Assembly (NCBI RefSeq): GCF_028641065.1
Contig: NC_073387.1
Location: forward strand, 15,748,001-15,812,000
Source of the DNA: Leucoraja erinacea
Lineage: Eukaryota
Direction: 5' to 3'
DNA: 64,000 nt
The position numbers and the translations under genes are program-made. The first letter of the stretch is position 1. Every line of letters begins with the position of its first letter. Below are positions 1 to 11,839 of this stretch, piece by piece. The notes under the pieces are model-generated. The model did not search any database. It saw nothing but the letters and a program-made list of their open reading frames with translations, and was not told the DNA's origin.

Positions 1-960
1 CAGTAACCCATTAATAATCAGATACACCAGAATGACCAGGAACATGGTTTCAGATGTGTCAGAGACATTTAATGGTGGGATAAGACCATGTGTATAAAAT
101 CAGAGTTCATAGAAACAGTGTTTCCTAAATTACGACCATATTAGGATGGTACACAAGGCAAAGTTTTCACTTTATCTTAAGTGCAGGAGACAATAATAAA
201 CCAATGAATGTCAACTTCATTGTGAAAGTGCCGGCACATTTCCCAGTCTAGAATTCCAATAGCTCAGAATGAATGAACTTCAACAGGTTTTATCTGGGCA
301 AATGTGACACGTCCTAACCATAGTAGGCTTAGTCCTGGCTATTGTTCATTGAAGATCTTCAGTAAAATGTTTGTGATCCTGTGGGTACTATTATCTGGCA
401 TTTCAGAGAGAGGGCCTGAGGGGCAGCACTGACAGGAAGGCTGGCTGAGTGTAGTGGTAGGACCCAGTTGCAGACGGGTAGTTGGAGCATCAGCATTGAG
501 CATGGCCAGGCCAATATACAGATATTGTGGGCCAAAGGGCCTGTTCCTATGTTGTACTGTTCCATATTCCACATCTCTCTGTTGTCTTGAAAATCTCCGG
601 CGAGGATAGAGCTCAGAGTAAAGTATCTGTGTTGGGACTTTAACGTCAGCCAATGTGCCCATCCCCTAAAGATTCCAAGCCCTCTTCATAAATGTTATTG
701 TCAGAAGGTTGTGTTGTACAAGGAGGACCTTGGACTTCCATTCCTCATGGGAAGGCTAATTCTTGAATTTGTATCTGAAATTAGATCATTTTAGGGCTCT
801 TGGGCGAGGATGGGGAAGTGACATTTAATTGCTCTTAAACAGAGCTGGTTATGACTCAATTAGCCAGATTGCCTCATTCTTTACTGTAAGCATTCTGTGA
901 TTCTGGGATTTGCTGATGTCTCAGCGAAAGAGAATCATGTAAAAACTTGCTCCCATGCAC

Positions 961-1083
961 CACAGCTATACAACTGAGGTTGCATTGACTGCAGCTCCTC
1001 TGGAGAGGTGCTGACGGTTAAAGAGGAGCATTGCTCCTGTAGATGAACAGACAAGCCTGTTGGAGGCGAGGTGTAACGTTGCA
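961..1083 (-). CDS. Possible further cytoplasmic exon (VQRYTSPPT...QPQLYSC)
   Basis: Good acceptor (ccctattctcattatttctcag|), 123 bp open in phase 1, Ser/Pro-rich. The donor (G|gtgcat) is weak. Confidence 0.25.
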
Positions 1084-3406
1084 CTGAGAAATAATGAGAA
1101 TAGGGTTAGAGTGGACACAACATTACTTGATCTCAATCTGCACTCTGATAGAGTCTGTAGTGGACCCATTGCTTGGATTTTACTTTGGAGTCACGTGAGT
1201 GACTACATGAAGAAGCCCGCTAGGACGCATGCATGTCATTGCGCCACATGCATTCCGAAATGTCAGACGCGGTGGAAGGACGTTCCCCCGCGGCGGCAAT
1301 TTAAAAAGCCGCTATTGCAGGTAAGGTTTTTACTCTGCGGTCTTTTGCCTTTTTGCCCACTACAGACAGAGAATGGAGAAAGGGAAAAAGACAACGAGGG
1401 CTGTGACGAAGCTGGTCAGGGAGGACCGCGGAGCAGCGGACAGCCGGCAAAAGCAGCCGTCGGCACTAAGATCACCCGTAGTGGGATCAGCTGTGCCCTA
1501 TGTAGCCGCCGCGCCGGCCAAATCAACACGGCTGAGCGGCAAGGCAAAACACAAAACAAACAGAGTCGTGGACTCGGAGGAGTCCGACTCTGATACACCA
1601 CGGGAGGCCAACGACTGAGAATGCTGGACCCCTATGGAACGGTGTTTGGAGCATCTGCTCCAGCGTGACCGGCTCCGGGATTTGGAGTCAGGCCACTGTG
1701 GGCCCTATATCAAACCCACAGCAGTACCTTTCCAAGGGCTGCATAGTGTCTCCACCTTATCGGAGGGGAGCACTTCAAGTCAGTTCTGGGCTGACTTGGA
1801 AGAGGGGTCCGCGGAAAAACATACAAGTGTGCATGGCGTGCAAGAAAAAGAAAACTTGCTGGATATGGTGGCAAATTTCATACAGCCAGAACAAACTGGG
1901 GCAAATCTGGAGCCAAAGCTTGCTGCCAGCATTGACTATATGTCACTGAACCAGCTATAAGAACAGGCTGTAGTGGATACGACAGGAAGACATATGGCAC
2001 CAGGCAACTGCATTTCCCTAAACGTCCCAATTATTAACAGCTGCATCTGGAAACATATCGGACCAGGGGTCAGAAGTATGGACGTGAAACTTCAAAAAGT
2101 CCTAAAATTGCTGACTGCAGGAATAACGGCAATTGCCCGCACTGTGGACGACAGGGTTATGTCCCAAGATCAACAGGACGCGCTGGCACTGTTCTGCAAT
2201 ACGCAGCATGAATTAAACAGCATCAGAAAAAGTGCCATACAGCCGACACTTAATCCTAAATTCGCGGGACTGTGTAAACCTGGAGCCACCAAACCATCCA
2301 TTCTCCTGTTCGGAGGCAACTTGTTGAAGCAGGTAAAGGAGCTAGACGAAGAAGCAAAAACTTTGGGGTTAATAAAAGGAACAACCCACCCTGCAAAAAC
2401 CCACCACAGCCTATGACTGCACCCCTACGCACCCACCAGCGGAACTGGTGAGAGCTCGAGGGCACGGCACTCCAAACATGAGTCTTTTTTAGGCCATGGC
2501 CCAGGCTGGCCTTCCTGGAAAATGCGGGGAACCCCAACAACACCAGCAACCAACCCGAAAAACCAAGCACCAGCACAACAGCAACGGAAGAACTTTAGGA
2601 AGAAATAGTCCTGCCACTGGTAGCAATGGAGGTAGGTGGGTCTGGTTCCCCAAATAATATGGGAAGCATGGAGGTTGGGGGAAGACTATACTGGTTTTTG
2701 AATGCATGGAGCATGCTAACCACCAATACTTACATCTTAAGCAGTATCCAGGGATATACCATAGAGTTTATACAGCCCTCCAGTTCAACATAAACCAAGC
2801 CAAAAGTTTGTGCTCTCTGATAAGGAAAAAACAGAAGCATAAGCTGAACTGGAGCGGCTTTACATAAAAGGTGTAATTGAGCTAATGCGACATGAACCAT
2901 TAGAATTCGTGTCCAATATATTTACCAAAACCAAAAAAGATGGTGGTTGTCGCATCATCATAGGTCTAACAAAAGACCTTTGTACAATATATTCACTTTA
3001 AAATGGAAACCTTTGTTACTGCTAAACAACTAATTTCAAAGGGTACTTCATGGCTAGCATCGATTTAAAAGATGCTTACTATTCAGTACCCATACGAGGT
3101 GACCACAGATGTTACTTAAAATTCAACAGGATGGGACAATCTGACAATATAAAGCACTGCCAAATGGGCTAACATCAGCCCCCAGGCTGTTCACAAAAAT
3201 CTTGAAACCAGCCCTAGCGTTTCTACGGAAACGCCAACACATGATTATGGCATATTTAGATGACATACTCATTGTGGGCATAACTTTGGAATTGGCCATA
3301 CCAACTGTAACAGCCACAAAACAGTTGTTTGAACAACTGGGATTTATCATCCAGCCAGTTAAATCTAAACTAACACTGTCCACTACTATGGACTACTTGG
3401 GACTAT

Positions 3407-4258
3407 GTGACCATTGATTCAGTTCACATGACAGTGACACTACCTAAGGAAAAGGCCAGAGAAATAATAGAGGTATGCAGTAACCTCATTGACATCAGAA
3501 ACCCATCCATCAGATTGGTAGCTAAAGTAATTGGTAAAATGGTGGCTGCTTTCCCAGCCATACAATTTGGACCCCTACATTACCAAAACTTACAGAGAGC
3601 CAAAATTCAAGCTCTAAAAATTAATGCAGGTCACTTTGACAGACCCATGGGACTACCAATCCAAGCCAAAACGGAACTAAAATGGTGGGGGTTTGTGTTT
3701 TCCCTACACAGACTAACGTTAAAAACAGTCATGTTAATGGCATTGGTCATGGCACAGAGGGTTCAGTCACTGCACAAACTCAGACTGGACAACATGACCT
3801 CCTCACCTGACGATATTACGTTCCATATTTACGAACTAGTAAAACAGAACAGACAGGGATCAGCAGGCCTCAATATCCAATTTAGGTCATTCCCTGCAGA
3901 TGACCGCCTCTATATAGTTAAACATCTATCACTATACATGGAGAAAACAAAAATCCTAAGAGGCAATGAGAAGGGACTGCTGATCAGCCATAAAAAAACG
4001 CACAAAAAAGTGACGGTCCAGACGATCTCGAGATGGCTGAAACAGGTACTGACGCAGGCTGGGGTGGATACTAACGTGGTCAAATCTCATTCCACCAGGG
4101 CTGCAGCTACATCAGCAGCAGTACAACTGGATGTGCCCATGGACCAAGTCCTCGAAGCAGCAGGATGGACAGGGGAAAGAACTTTCCAGTTATTTTATAA
4201 TAAGCCAGTGAGGAAAACTGGAACATTTGCAGAAAAAATTTTAAATTCTGTAAATTAA
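3407..4258 (+). pseudogene. DIRS chimeric ORF: late RT/RNase H region fused to the tyrosine recombinase C-terminus
   Basis: MTVTLPKEK...IGKMVAAFPAIQFGPLHYQNLQ...ELKWW switches near 3690 to LTLKTVMLMALVMAQRVQSL...HSTRAAATS. Confidence 0.75.
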
Positions 4259-4414
4259 TTAAAAACCCATAAATGGGGTTATAATTTGTGTTAATAAATT
4301 TTATGATTTCAATAACGAATCATGTGCAATTATGTTAACACTATTCCTCCCACAGTCAAGGCAGACGTGTGCATGGACTCGTTTCCACGGCATGAAATCA
4401 CAGAGCTTTGAAAT

Positions 4415-4535
4415 CTTCACGTAGTCACTCACGTGACTCCGAAGTAAAATAGTAAGATTAAACAAGAACTTACCAGTTTGAAGTTTGATCTGTATTTTAT
4501 TCAATTTATTAGGAGTTACGATGAGGGATTACGTG
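4415..4535 (+). repeat. DIRS internal complementary region (ICR)
   Basis: cttcacgtagtcactcacgtgactccgaagtaaaa is the near reverse complement of the left end (1178-1212) and runs directly into tagtaagattaaac...tgtattttat, the reverse complement of the right end (about 4697-4750). Confidence 0.9.
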
Positions 4536-5289
4536 CCCTCCGCTCCCACCCTGATCATATACTTAACTGGTACCTCTTCTCTAATCTTACTATGTTTAGT
4601 CATTACAGTTATCTGTGAATTCACACCGCTGCTTTGAAGAATGACACGCATGCGTCCTAGCGGGCTTCTTCACGTAATCCCTCATCATAACTCCTCATAA
4701 AATACAGATCAAACTTCAAACTGGTAAGTTCTCGTTTAATCTTACTATTTATGACGTCTGCTTTTATGCTGCAGATGGAAAATTGAGACAAATTTTGTAA
4801 AGCTGCTAAATTTGAGATGGGTTCCCTACAATTGCCTTCATTTGGCAGAATCAATGGTGAGAAAAGCCACACACATTGGCTAATGTTTCTCCCTGCATTT
4901 TGCTGCACTGTTCTCAGGAGCCACCTCAATTAAAGCTCAACCAGCTTCACATGACATATAATGTCATCTGGATGTCGGATACCAACCTCTGGGACAGGCA
5001 CGTTACCCCGAGTTCTGTCTTGGTGGGTAAGCGTTTGATGGCACAATTGTGATCTTAGGGTCGTGCGTGATCAGACCATCGCATGCTCTCAGTTTAGGAA
5101 TGTTCCTCATTTATAAGACCAACAATTGTAAAGAAGGACTATGCAGGAGATTTGTTTGTAACAAAATAAAATCACAATTCTTCTACATTTTAAATGTACT
5201 TTTAAATTACTAATGGCAGAAAGAATAGGAATGAGAAAATGGACACAAATATTATGAATTTTCTCTTATGCTTCTTGTTTTCACATTAC

Positions 5290-5382
5290 CTGCCATCTGC
5301 TGAATTTCATCAGGGTTGCCATAAAGGTGAGATTCGCCTTCTGTTTTTCTTTTTGATCGTGGAGCTTTCTGACTTTGATTGC
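5290..5382 (-). CDS. IgSF receptor exon: cytoplasmic, with Tyr motif HLYGNP
   Basis: Acceptor ctttag|, donor GCAG|gtaatg, 93 bp, phase 1-1, open: GNQSQKAPRSKRKTEGESHLYGNPDEIQQMA. Confidence 0.7.
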
Positions 5383-6172
5383 CTAAAGCTGTTCAGAAAG
5401 AGGACACCATTTAAATTGTTTTCACCTTTTATAAAGTCAAAGAGTCATAGAACCGGGTCCTTTAGCTCAACTAGTCTATACAATCCAAGCTGCCCCATCC
5501 AAGCTAGTCCCGGTTGCCTGCAATTGCCTGCTAGTCCCGGTTGCCTGCAAGTTAATATAAACATCCACTTCAGCTGATTCTCCACATTCTTCACTGTGAT
5601 GGGAGGCAATAAGTCTAATCTTCTTTACTCTTTATTCTCCCGCGGTCGGGGCAGTCGAACCATTCGCAGTCAGGGCGATAGAAGCTCCTGCAGCCGACGA
5701 TTGAAGCCTCCAGGTCAGGGTGGTCGAAGCTCCTGCAGCTTGGAGCTCCCGAAGTCAATCCCTAACCAAGGGACCGTGAGCTCCACGATGTTATATCCGC
5801 AGGCTCCATGGTTGGAGCTCCCAAAGTCAATCCCGCACAGGGACCACCAGCACCTCGATGTTAGGCCACAGTGCAGATGGAGATACGATACAGAAAAAAA
5901 AAAAAAGCATCTTCATCGCGGTAACTGCATCAGATAACTGCAGAAAAGCACCTAATGTCATTAAGCATTCTCCGCATGGCAACACAGGTAGACAGGACAA
6001 TCCACATTGCATAAATAATGTTTTAAAGACCACAAAAGGTCTGAAATCAATTTCTCAATAACATAGGTACAAACCCAAATATATTGTTCTTTTCTCCTTG
6101 TAACAAAGGTAACATTGTCATTGATAATTTGGGGGATCTGTGCTGCATTCAGGATGTCTTCATGTACTTTAC

Positions 6173-6280
6173 CTGTAGGCTTGCGTTTTCTTTGACAGAA
6201 CACCACTGCCAGTATAATGATGAGGAGAACAGCCAGACTCCCGATAATTACAACAATGGTGAATATAATGGTGTAATTCT
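6173..6280 (-). CDS. IgSF receptor exon: transmembrane segment with basic stop-transfer
   Basis: Acceptor attttgacag|, donor ACAG|gtaaag, 108 bp, phase 1-1. NYTIIFTIVVIIGSLAVLLIIILAVVFCQRKRKPT. Confidence 0.85.
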
Positions 6281-6404
6281 CTGTCAAAATAATAAACACA
6301 GAGTTCACATTTGTAGAATAAATGGACATCATTCAATAGCTCCTCCAATGACCAGGCATTAACCACACTGACTAATTTTGATCAGAAGTCTTGAGTTTAA
6401 CTTG

Positions 6405-7438
6405 TGTAAGTTATTGGGGCAAATCCTCCAAAATTATGGAAGAACTCGGATAAGGACATGGATATTTTAAAAAGACAGATTTGCTGGCTGCAACGGAAAA
6501 AACCCCAATCTACAGAAAGATTCAAACCTGACTGGCCTGTGGATTTGGGCATCACACAACTATGCGAATGATGTGGACAGGAAGGGCTGAGACAGAGATA
6601 ATGAGATCATCTTGGATAAACAAAGGAAGGAACCAGCCTCAGCAGACGGTGGTAAACAGGCCAGCCCAAGCTCAATCACCATCTTGGACGACCCATCCAT
6701 CGAGACAATAGGAGCCCATCCAGGCGATGGGATAATGATCAGGCTAAGGGATCATGACATCAGCAAACCCCTTATCATCGGAAGCCTATTGTTCATGCCA
6801 GATCGAAACTGGGAATCATCAAAAGAACCCTTTTATCCAGAGGACCACCTGGGGGTTTCAAAGGAAGCTCAGGTATAAAACAGGAGTCAAGCCAGAACTC
6901 TTTCTCTCTTTCTGCTCTGCTGGTCGGCTCGTGAGCCCAACTATAAGTCTCTCTTTCTGCTCTGCTGGACGGCTCATGAGCCCAACTGTAAGTACCCCAG
7001 TGACCTGGTGAAATTCCCGAAATAGGATAGATGTTGAGAAGATAAAGGGAAAGGGGGGTAAAATTGTGTAAAGTAAGTTTTACGACGTGCCCGATAGTTT
7101 TCCGTCCATAGTCTTAGTTTAAAGCATAAGTTTAGCCACATATTATGTAGTGTTGGTGAGATTCGATTTCTTATTGTTTAATAAAGCCCGTAAATTTTAG
7201 ACTTGCTTTGAGTCCATCTTGGTTTCTGTTTTCCCTCATCAGCACACTGGTCAATTCAACCTTTTATCATATCCCACCATAATTCCGAGGTCTAGAACTA
7301 GGGGAATCCCTTTTGTTGTATTCTCTCTCTTGGAAACCGCTCGAGTGGAGTGGTTGCCGTTTGACCCTCCGACAAGGGAGAGAATAACTCGAGCAGTTGG
7401 GCCCGAAGTGAAATAAAAGGAAACGCAAAACCCCTACA
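6405..7438 (+). mobile_element. Solo LTR (ERV/Gypsy type)
   Basis: Termini TGTA...TACA, 4-bp TSD CTTG (6401-6404 and 7439-7442), TATAAAA near 6875 and AATAAA near 7180. Confidence 0.75.
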
Positions 7439-7532
7439 CTTGTGATCCAGATTAACTGAGACACAAAGAACTGAAGATGCTAGTTTAGCAATAAAAGTGT
7501 TGGAGAAACTCGGCTGGTTAGGCAGGTGACAT

Positions 7533-7990
7533 TTCGGGTCACAGGCCTTTAGTCTGATGGAGGGTAGTGCGTTCGGCCAAACGCACTATGGGAACTTCAC
7601 TCGCCCCCCTGCAGGAACTATACATCAGGAGGTGCAACTCCAGAGCCAACAATATCATGAGAGACCCCTTCCACCCCTGCAACAGACTGTTCCAGCTGCT
7701 ACGGTCAGGCAAATGCCTCCGTTGCCATGCGGTGAGAACGGAGAGGTTGAGAAGGAGTTTATTCCCAGAGGCCATTCAGACTGTAAACGCCTATCTTACC
7801 AGGGACTAACTCTACTGAACGTTTTTCCTTCCATTATTTATTATGTAAAAGAATATGTGTGTTATGATTGTGTTTATAGCTTGTTTGGTTGTTTGTCTTT
7901 TTGCACAAAAGTCCATGAGCATTGCCACTTTCATTTCACTGCACATCTCGTATGTGTATGTGACAAATAAACTTGACTTGACTTGACTTG
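7533..7990 (+). mobile_element. Rex1/Babar-like LINE 3' fragment
   Basis: RSAKRTMGTSLAPLQELYIRRCNSRANNIMRDPFHP; (CTTGA)n tail; same family as 20050-21135. Confidence 0.75.
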
Positions 7991-8839
7991 GGGTGCGGAC
8001 CCAAAACCTCACCTATCCATGTTCTCCAGAGATTCCACCTGACCCGTTGAGTTACTCCAGCACATTACGTCTTTTTTTTCCAGATTAATTGACCTGACTC
8101 AGAAAGATCAGAGAGCCACAACTTGCCTCAGTACCCATCAGTTAGAGACTATAAACATTCACACAAGTTTCTATTTCTTGGTTACAATCAGCTGACTTCC
8201 TCATGCAGGAGATGGGAGCTGATGGTTGGCTGATAAAGTTGCTGATTCAGCTGTGATACTTCCCACTGTACAATGGACAAATGTCTACCATAGTCTGAGC
8301 CAGCAACAATGGTTGAATGAGCAATGCTGAAAACAGAGAGGATATTGACCGTGAACTTCAATCCTCTCTAACCAGGAGCACAAATACTATAAACGTTAGA
8401 AATACTCAACCATTTGAGCAGTACCCATGGAAAGGGAAATAAGTGAGTTCATGTTTTATGATGAAAAAAAGTTGTCAGATTCAAAGAACGGACGTTTGGC
8501 TTGCTCCTCTTTGCACAGTTCCTATCTGTCCTGCTGATTATTATGATAATTCAGATTTTCAACTCCTAAAATTATTTTTGGTCTTCAAGTACTAAAACTG
8601 TACTGTGCATGTAACCATTGCCTACTGATGTCAATGAGGTTGAACGCACTATTATTGCAATCCTAATGAACACATCATCATGTGTTTTTAGTGCAAAATT
8701 GGAGATGGTTGATCCATGCATTAATTCCACACACCAACAAATCTATTCACACACTGATTATTATCTCTGGCCCTCTAAGGACAGCTCAACACACAGTCTG
8801 CAAGTAGACCAAATGATGGAGAGTTGCTGCCTTACAGTG

Positions 8840-9100
8840 AATGCAGTGCTGGAGACCCTGGTTCGATCTAAACTACTGGGTTCTGTCTGTACTTTCTCCC
8901 CGGGACCTGCGTGAGTTTTCTCCAAGATCTTCGGATTCCTCCCACACTACAAAGACGTACAGGTTTGTAGGTTAATTGGCTTGGTAAATGTAAAAATTGT
9001 CCCCAGTGGGTGCAGGATAGTGTTAATATGTGGGGATTGCTGGTTAGTGCAAACCCGGTGGGCCGAAGGGCCTGTTTCCACGCTGTATCTCTAAACTAAA
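8840..9100 (+). mobile_element. SINE copy (elasmobranch tRNA/V-SINE-like)
   Basis: ctgggttcgat...gggacctgcgtgagttttctcc...gggccgaagggcctgtttccacgctgtatctctaaactaaact. Related pieces occur on the opposite strand at about 9840-9975, 10290-10460, 47090-47380 and 62590-62855. Confidence 0.6.
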
Positions 9101-10879
9101 CTGTAAACATGGCTGGTAATCATTGATATTCTTTTTATGGCTGTTCTCTGTCCAGTTATTACAATGGCACACTGAAGAGAGAGTTTAAGGACAAGAGTCA
9201 ATAATGTTCTTTCATCACAACAATGCATCATTTATTCAGTCTGAACAGAATGGATTGTGGATGGATGCTCCCTTCAGTGGAAAGGCTGAGGACAAAAAGT
9301 TATAGGTTTAAAATAAGGGGAAACATTTTAGAATGACTTTAGGAAAATCTTTTTAGGGAACAGGTAGTTGGAGTCTGAAGTGTACTATCTGTATCAGTTG
9401 GGGAGCTGGGTTCTATTGTGGCTTTCCAAAGAGAATTGAATAAATATATAGTGCTGAAAAAGCTACAATCTAATGGCAAAAGGAGAGGGGGTAGAATTAG
9501 CGAGTTGCTCTGGATGAGAGTTAGTGTAGATATGATGGGTAAAATTGCCACCTTATGTGCTACAACCATTTCACAATTCTATGATTGCACGATGTCATTA
9601 TCTGGGAGGAATTAAAGTGTTCCTGTTGGGACATTGATATATTCCACTGTGCTTCACTGACTCTTCATTGATCGATGTGTGGTGGAGATTGTTTCTTTGT
9701 GCCTGGGTGTTTCCAGTAGGGATCAGTGCTTTGCCTTCTGTCAGCATTATACAAAATGTCTTTCACCGAGGCTTGGGGGCCACATGATGGGCAAAGATTA
9801 ATGGATGGGTGGGAATGGGAGAAAAGGGTGTGTTTATTTTAGTTTAGAGATATAGTGCGGAAACAGGCCCTTCGGGTCGCCGAGTCCACACCGACCAGCG
9901 ATTCCCGTGCACTAACACTATCCCACACACACCAGGGACAACATACAATTAAACCAAGCCTATTAACCTACAAACTTCAGTATCAGTATCAGTATATCTT
10001 TATTGTCATTTCCTGAGTACTCACATACCAGAGGAAACAAAATAATGTTGCTCAACCAGTGTCCATTCAGTGTGCAGTACAAATAACAACAAGTAAATAG
10101 AAATAAAAATACATATATCATGAACAAATTAAATTAAACACTCTACTCTCTACTAAACATCAACAGGCGTTCCGATCGACAGCTGCTGCAGTGTGTCCAG
10201 GTTGATTGTTGGTGCGCGATACTTTGGCAGGGGGCTAAGTCCATTTATCAGTCTTATAGCCTGCGGGAAGAAGCTGAGGAGCATCCTGCTAGTTTTGTAC
10301 GTGTTTGGAATTTGGGAGAAAACCAGAAATCCTGGAGAAAACCCATGTAGGTGATGGGATGAACGTACAAACTCCATACAGACAGCATCTGTAGTCAGGA
10401 TTGAACCTGGGTCCCTGGCGCTGTAAGGCAGCAACCCTACTACTGCGCCACCATGGTCAGACAAGGTGAAGACATCAGTATTCCCTCCCTCACGTCTTCT
10501 GTTCTCGCATGGCAGCCTTTGGTGAAGTTATTGTGGATGCTACAAGCACTGTAATGTTTTACGGCACAAAACAGGTGAAAGAAACTTGTACAACTATTTT
10601 TAAGGTGATTTTCACTACTTTTGAGACCTTTAAGGTCCACAGTTTCGGTGTCGTGGCAAAGATCTTCCACCAAGCTGCCCCATGGCCGTCCGAAGGAGGG
10701 GTGCGTTGGGTGTGACCGCACCCCCCTTTTTTACCCACAGAGTAAGAAAATCCCAAGCAAGCAGGAAAGAAAAAAAAAAAAAAAAAAAAAAAAAAAATCG
10801 GAAAAATTTCTGGCTCTGGATAAGGGAGAGACCGCCCTCCCCTCGCTGGGTGGGAGTGGCTGAATCTGAACCCAGTGGC

Positions 10880-11615
10880 TGTAACCCTAACACCAGCGCT
10901 GCAGTGGCGGGGCCCGCTCCCCTTGGGCTGTAACCCCAACACCCCGCCACCCCCGCTGGGCCCAAGCCACCCCCACTGGGCCCAAGCCACCCTTGCAGGG
11001 CCCACACCACCCCTGCTGGGCCCAGGCCACCCCTTCTGGGTCCAAGCCACCCCCCCTGCTGGGCCCATACCACCCCCGTTGGGCCCACGCCACCCCCACA
11101 CTCACCCCCCAATGGGTCCATGCCACCCCTGCTTACCCCCGCAGGGCCCACGCCACCCCAGCTGGGCCCAAGCCACCCTTGCTGGGCCCAAGCCACCCCT
11201 CGCTGGGCCCAAGCCATCTCCGTTGGGGCCCAAGCCACCCCGCTGGGCCCACACCACTCCCCGCTGGGCCCCAGCCACCCCCACTGGGCCCAAGCCACCC
11301 CTGCTGGGCCCATACCACCCTCGTTGGGCCCACGCCACCCCCACTGACCCCCAATGGGTCCATGCCACCCCCTGCTGACCCCCTGCTGGGTCCAAGCCAC
11401 CCCCTGCTGGGCCCAAGCCATCCCCTGCTGGGCCCAAGCCATCCCCTGCTGGGCCCAAGCGACCCCCACTGGGCCCAAGCGACCCCCACTGGGCCCATGC
11501 CCCCCACTGGGCCCAAGCCACCCCCGCTGGGCCCACACCACCCCCGCTGACCCCCACTGGACCCACGCCACCCCAGCTGACCCCCACTGGGCCAACGTGA
11601 ATCCCGTTGGGCCCA
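10880..11615. repeat. GC-rich minisatellite with CTGGGCCCA core (units about 20-30 bp)
   Basis: Dozens of degenerate ctgggccca(a/c)gccacccc units; related array at 35475-35810. Confidence 0.9.
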
Positions 11616-11839
11616 CGCCACCTTCATCTTCGTCGCCCCTGCCAGAAAGAGGGGGGGATGTGGGAGGGGGAGAGAGAGAGGGGGAAGGGAGGGGAGAGAG
11701 AGATGGGGAGGGAAAGGGGATTATCTTTAGTGAGATTGCAAAATTAAGGTAGGTTTTAGAACTATTATATTTTCTCCTCCATATGAATAATTTTAAACAA
11801 TATCAAATAATATCAAAAAGAGTTAAAAGATAGCTTAAT

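Larger units (their letters stand above)
1178..4750 (+). mobile_element. DIRS1-like tyrosine-recombinase retrotransposon, internally deleted and degenerate
   Basis: Inverted terminal repeats (about 1205-1240 vs 4640-4675), an internal complementary region, broken gag-like ORFs (1373-2416), RT motifs (SIDLKDAYYSV, YLDDILI) and YR motifs (HSTRAAATS, AAGW, TF..FY). Confidence 0.92.

Noticed and set aside
520-590. Second ITIM-like motif VEYGTV in ORF 339-662
   Set aside because: It overlaps ggaacagtacaacataggaacaggccctttggcccaca, which resembles the SINE/CR1-type repeat ends seen elsewhere in the window, so it is probably repeat-derived.
1060-1593. 177-aa ORF across the DIRS left end
   Set aside because: It spans the host/element junction and has no recognisable motif.
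5961-6172. Read-through cytoplasmic tail in ORF 5961-6332 (GKVHEDIL...)
   Set aside because: A good donor (ACAG|gtaaag) and a phase-compatible downstream exon explain it better as intron.
10880-11615. CRISPR-like regular repeats
   Set aside because: The units are degenerate with no unique spacers, and the context is eukaryotic.
10559-11752. Many overlapping 130-330 aa Gly/Pro/Trp-rich ORFs
   Set aside because: They come from a stop-poor GC minisatellite and are open on both strands; there are no splice signals or domain features. The same applies to 35456-35811.
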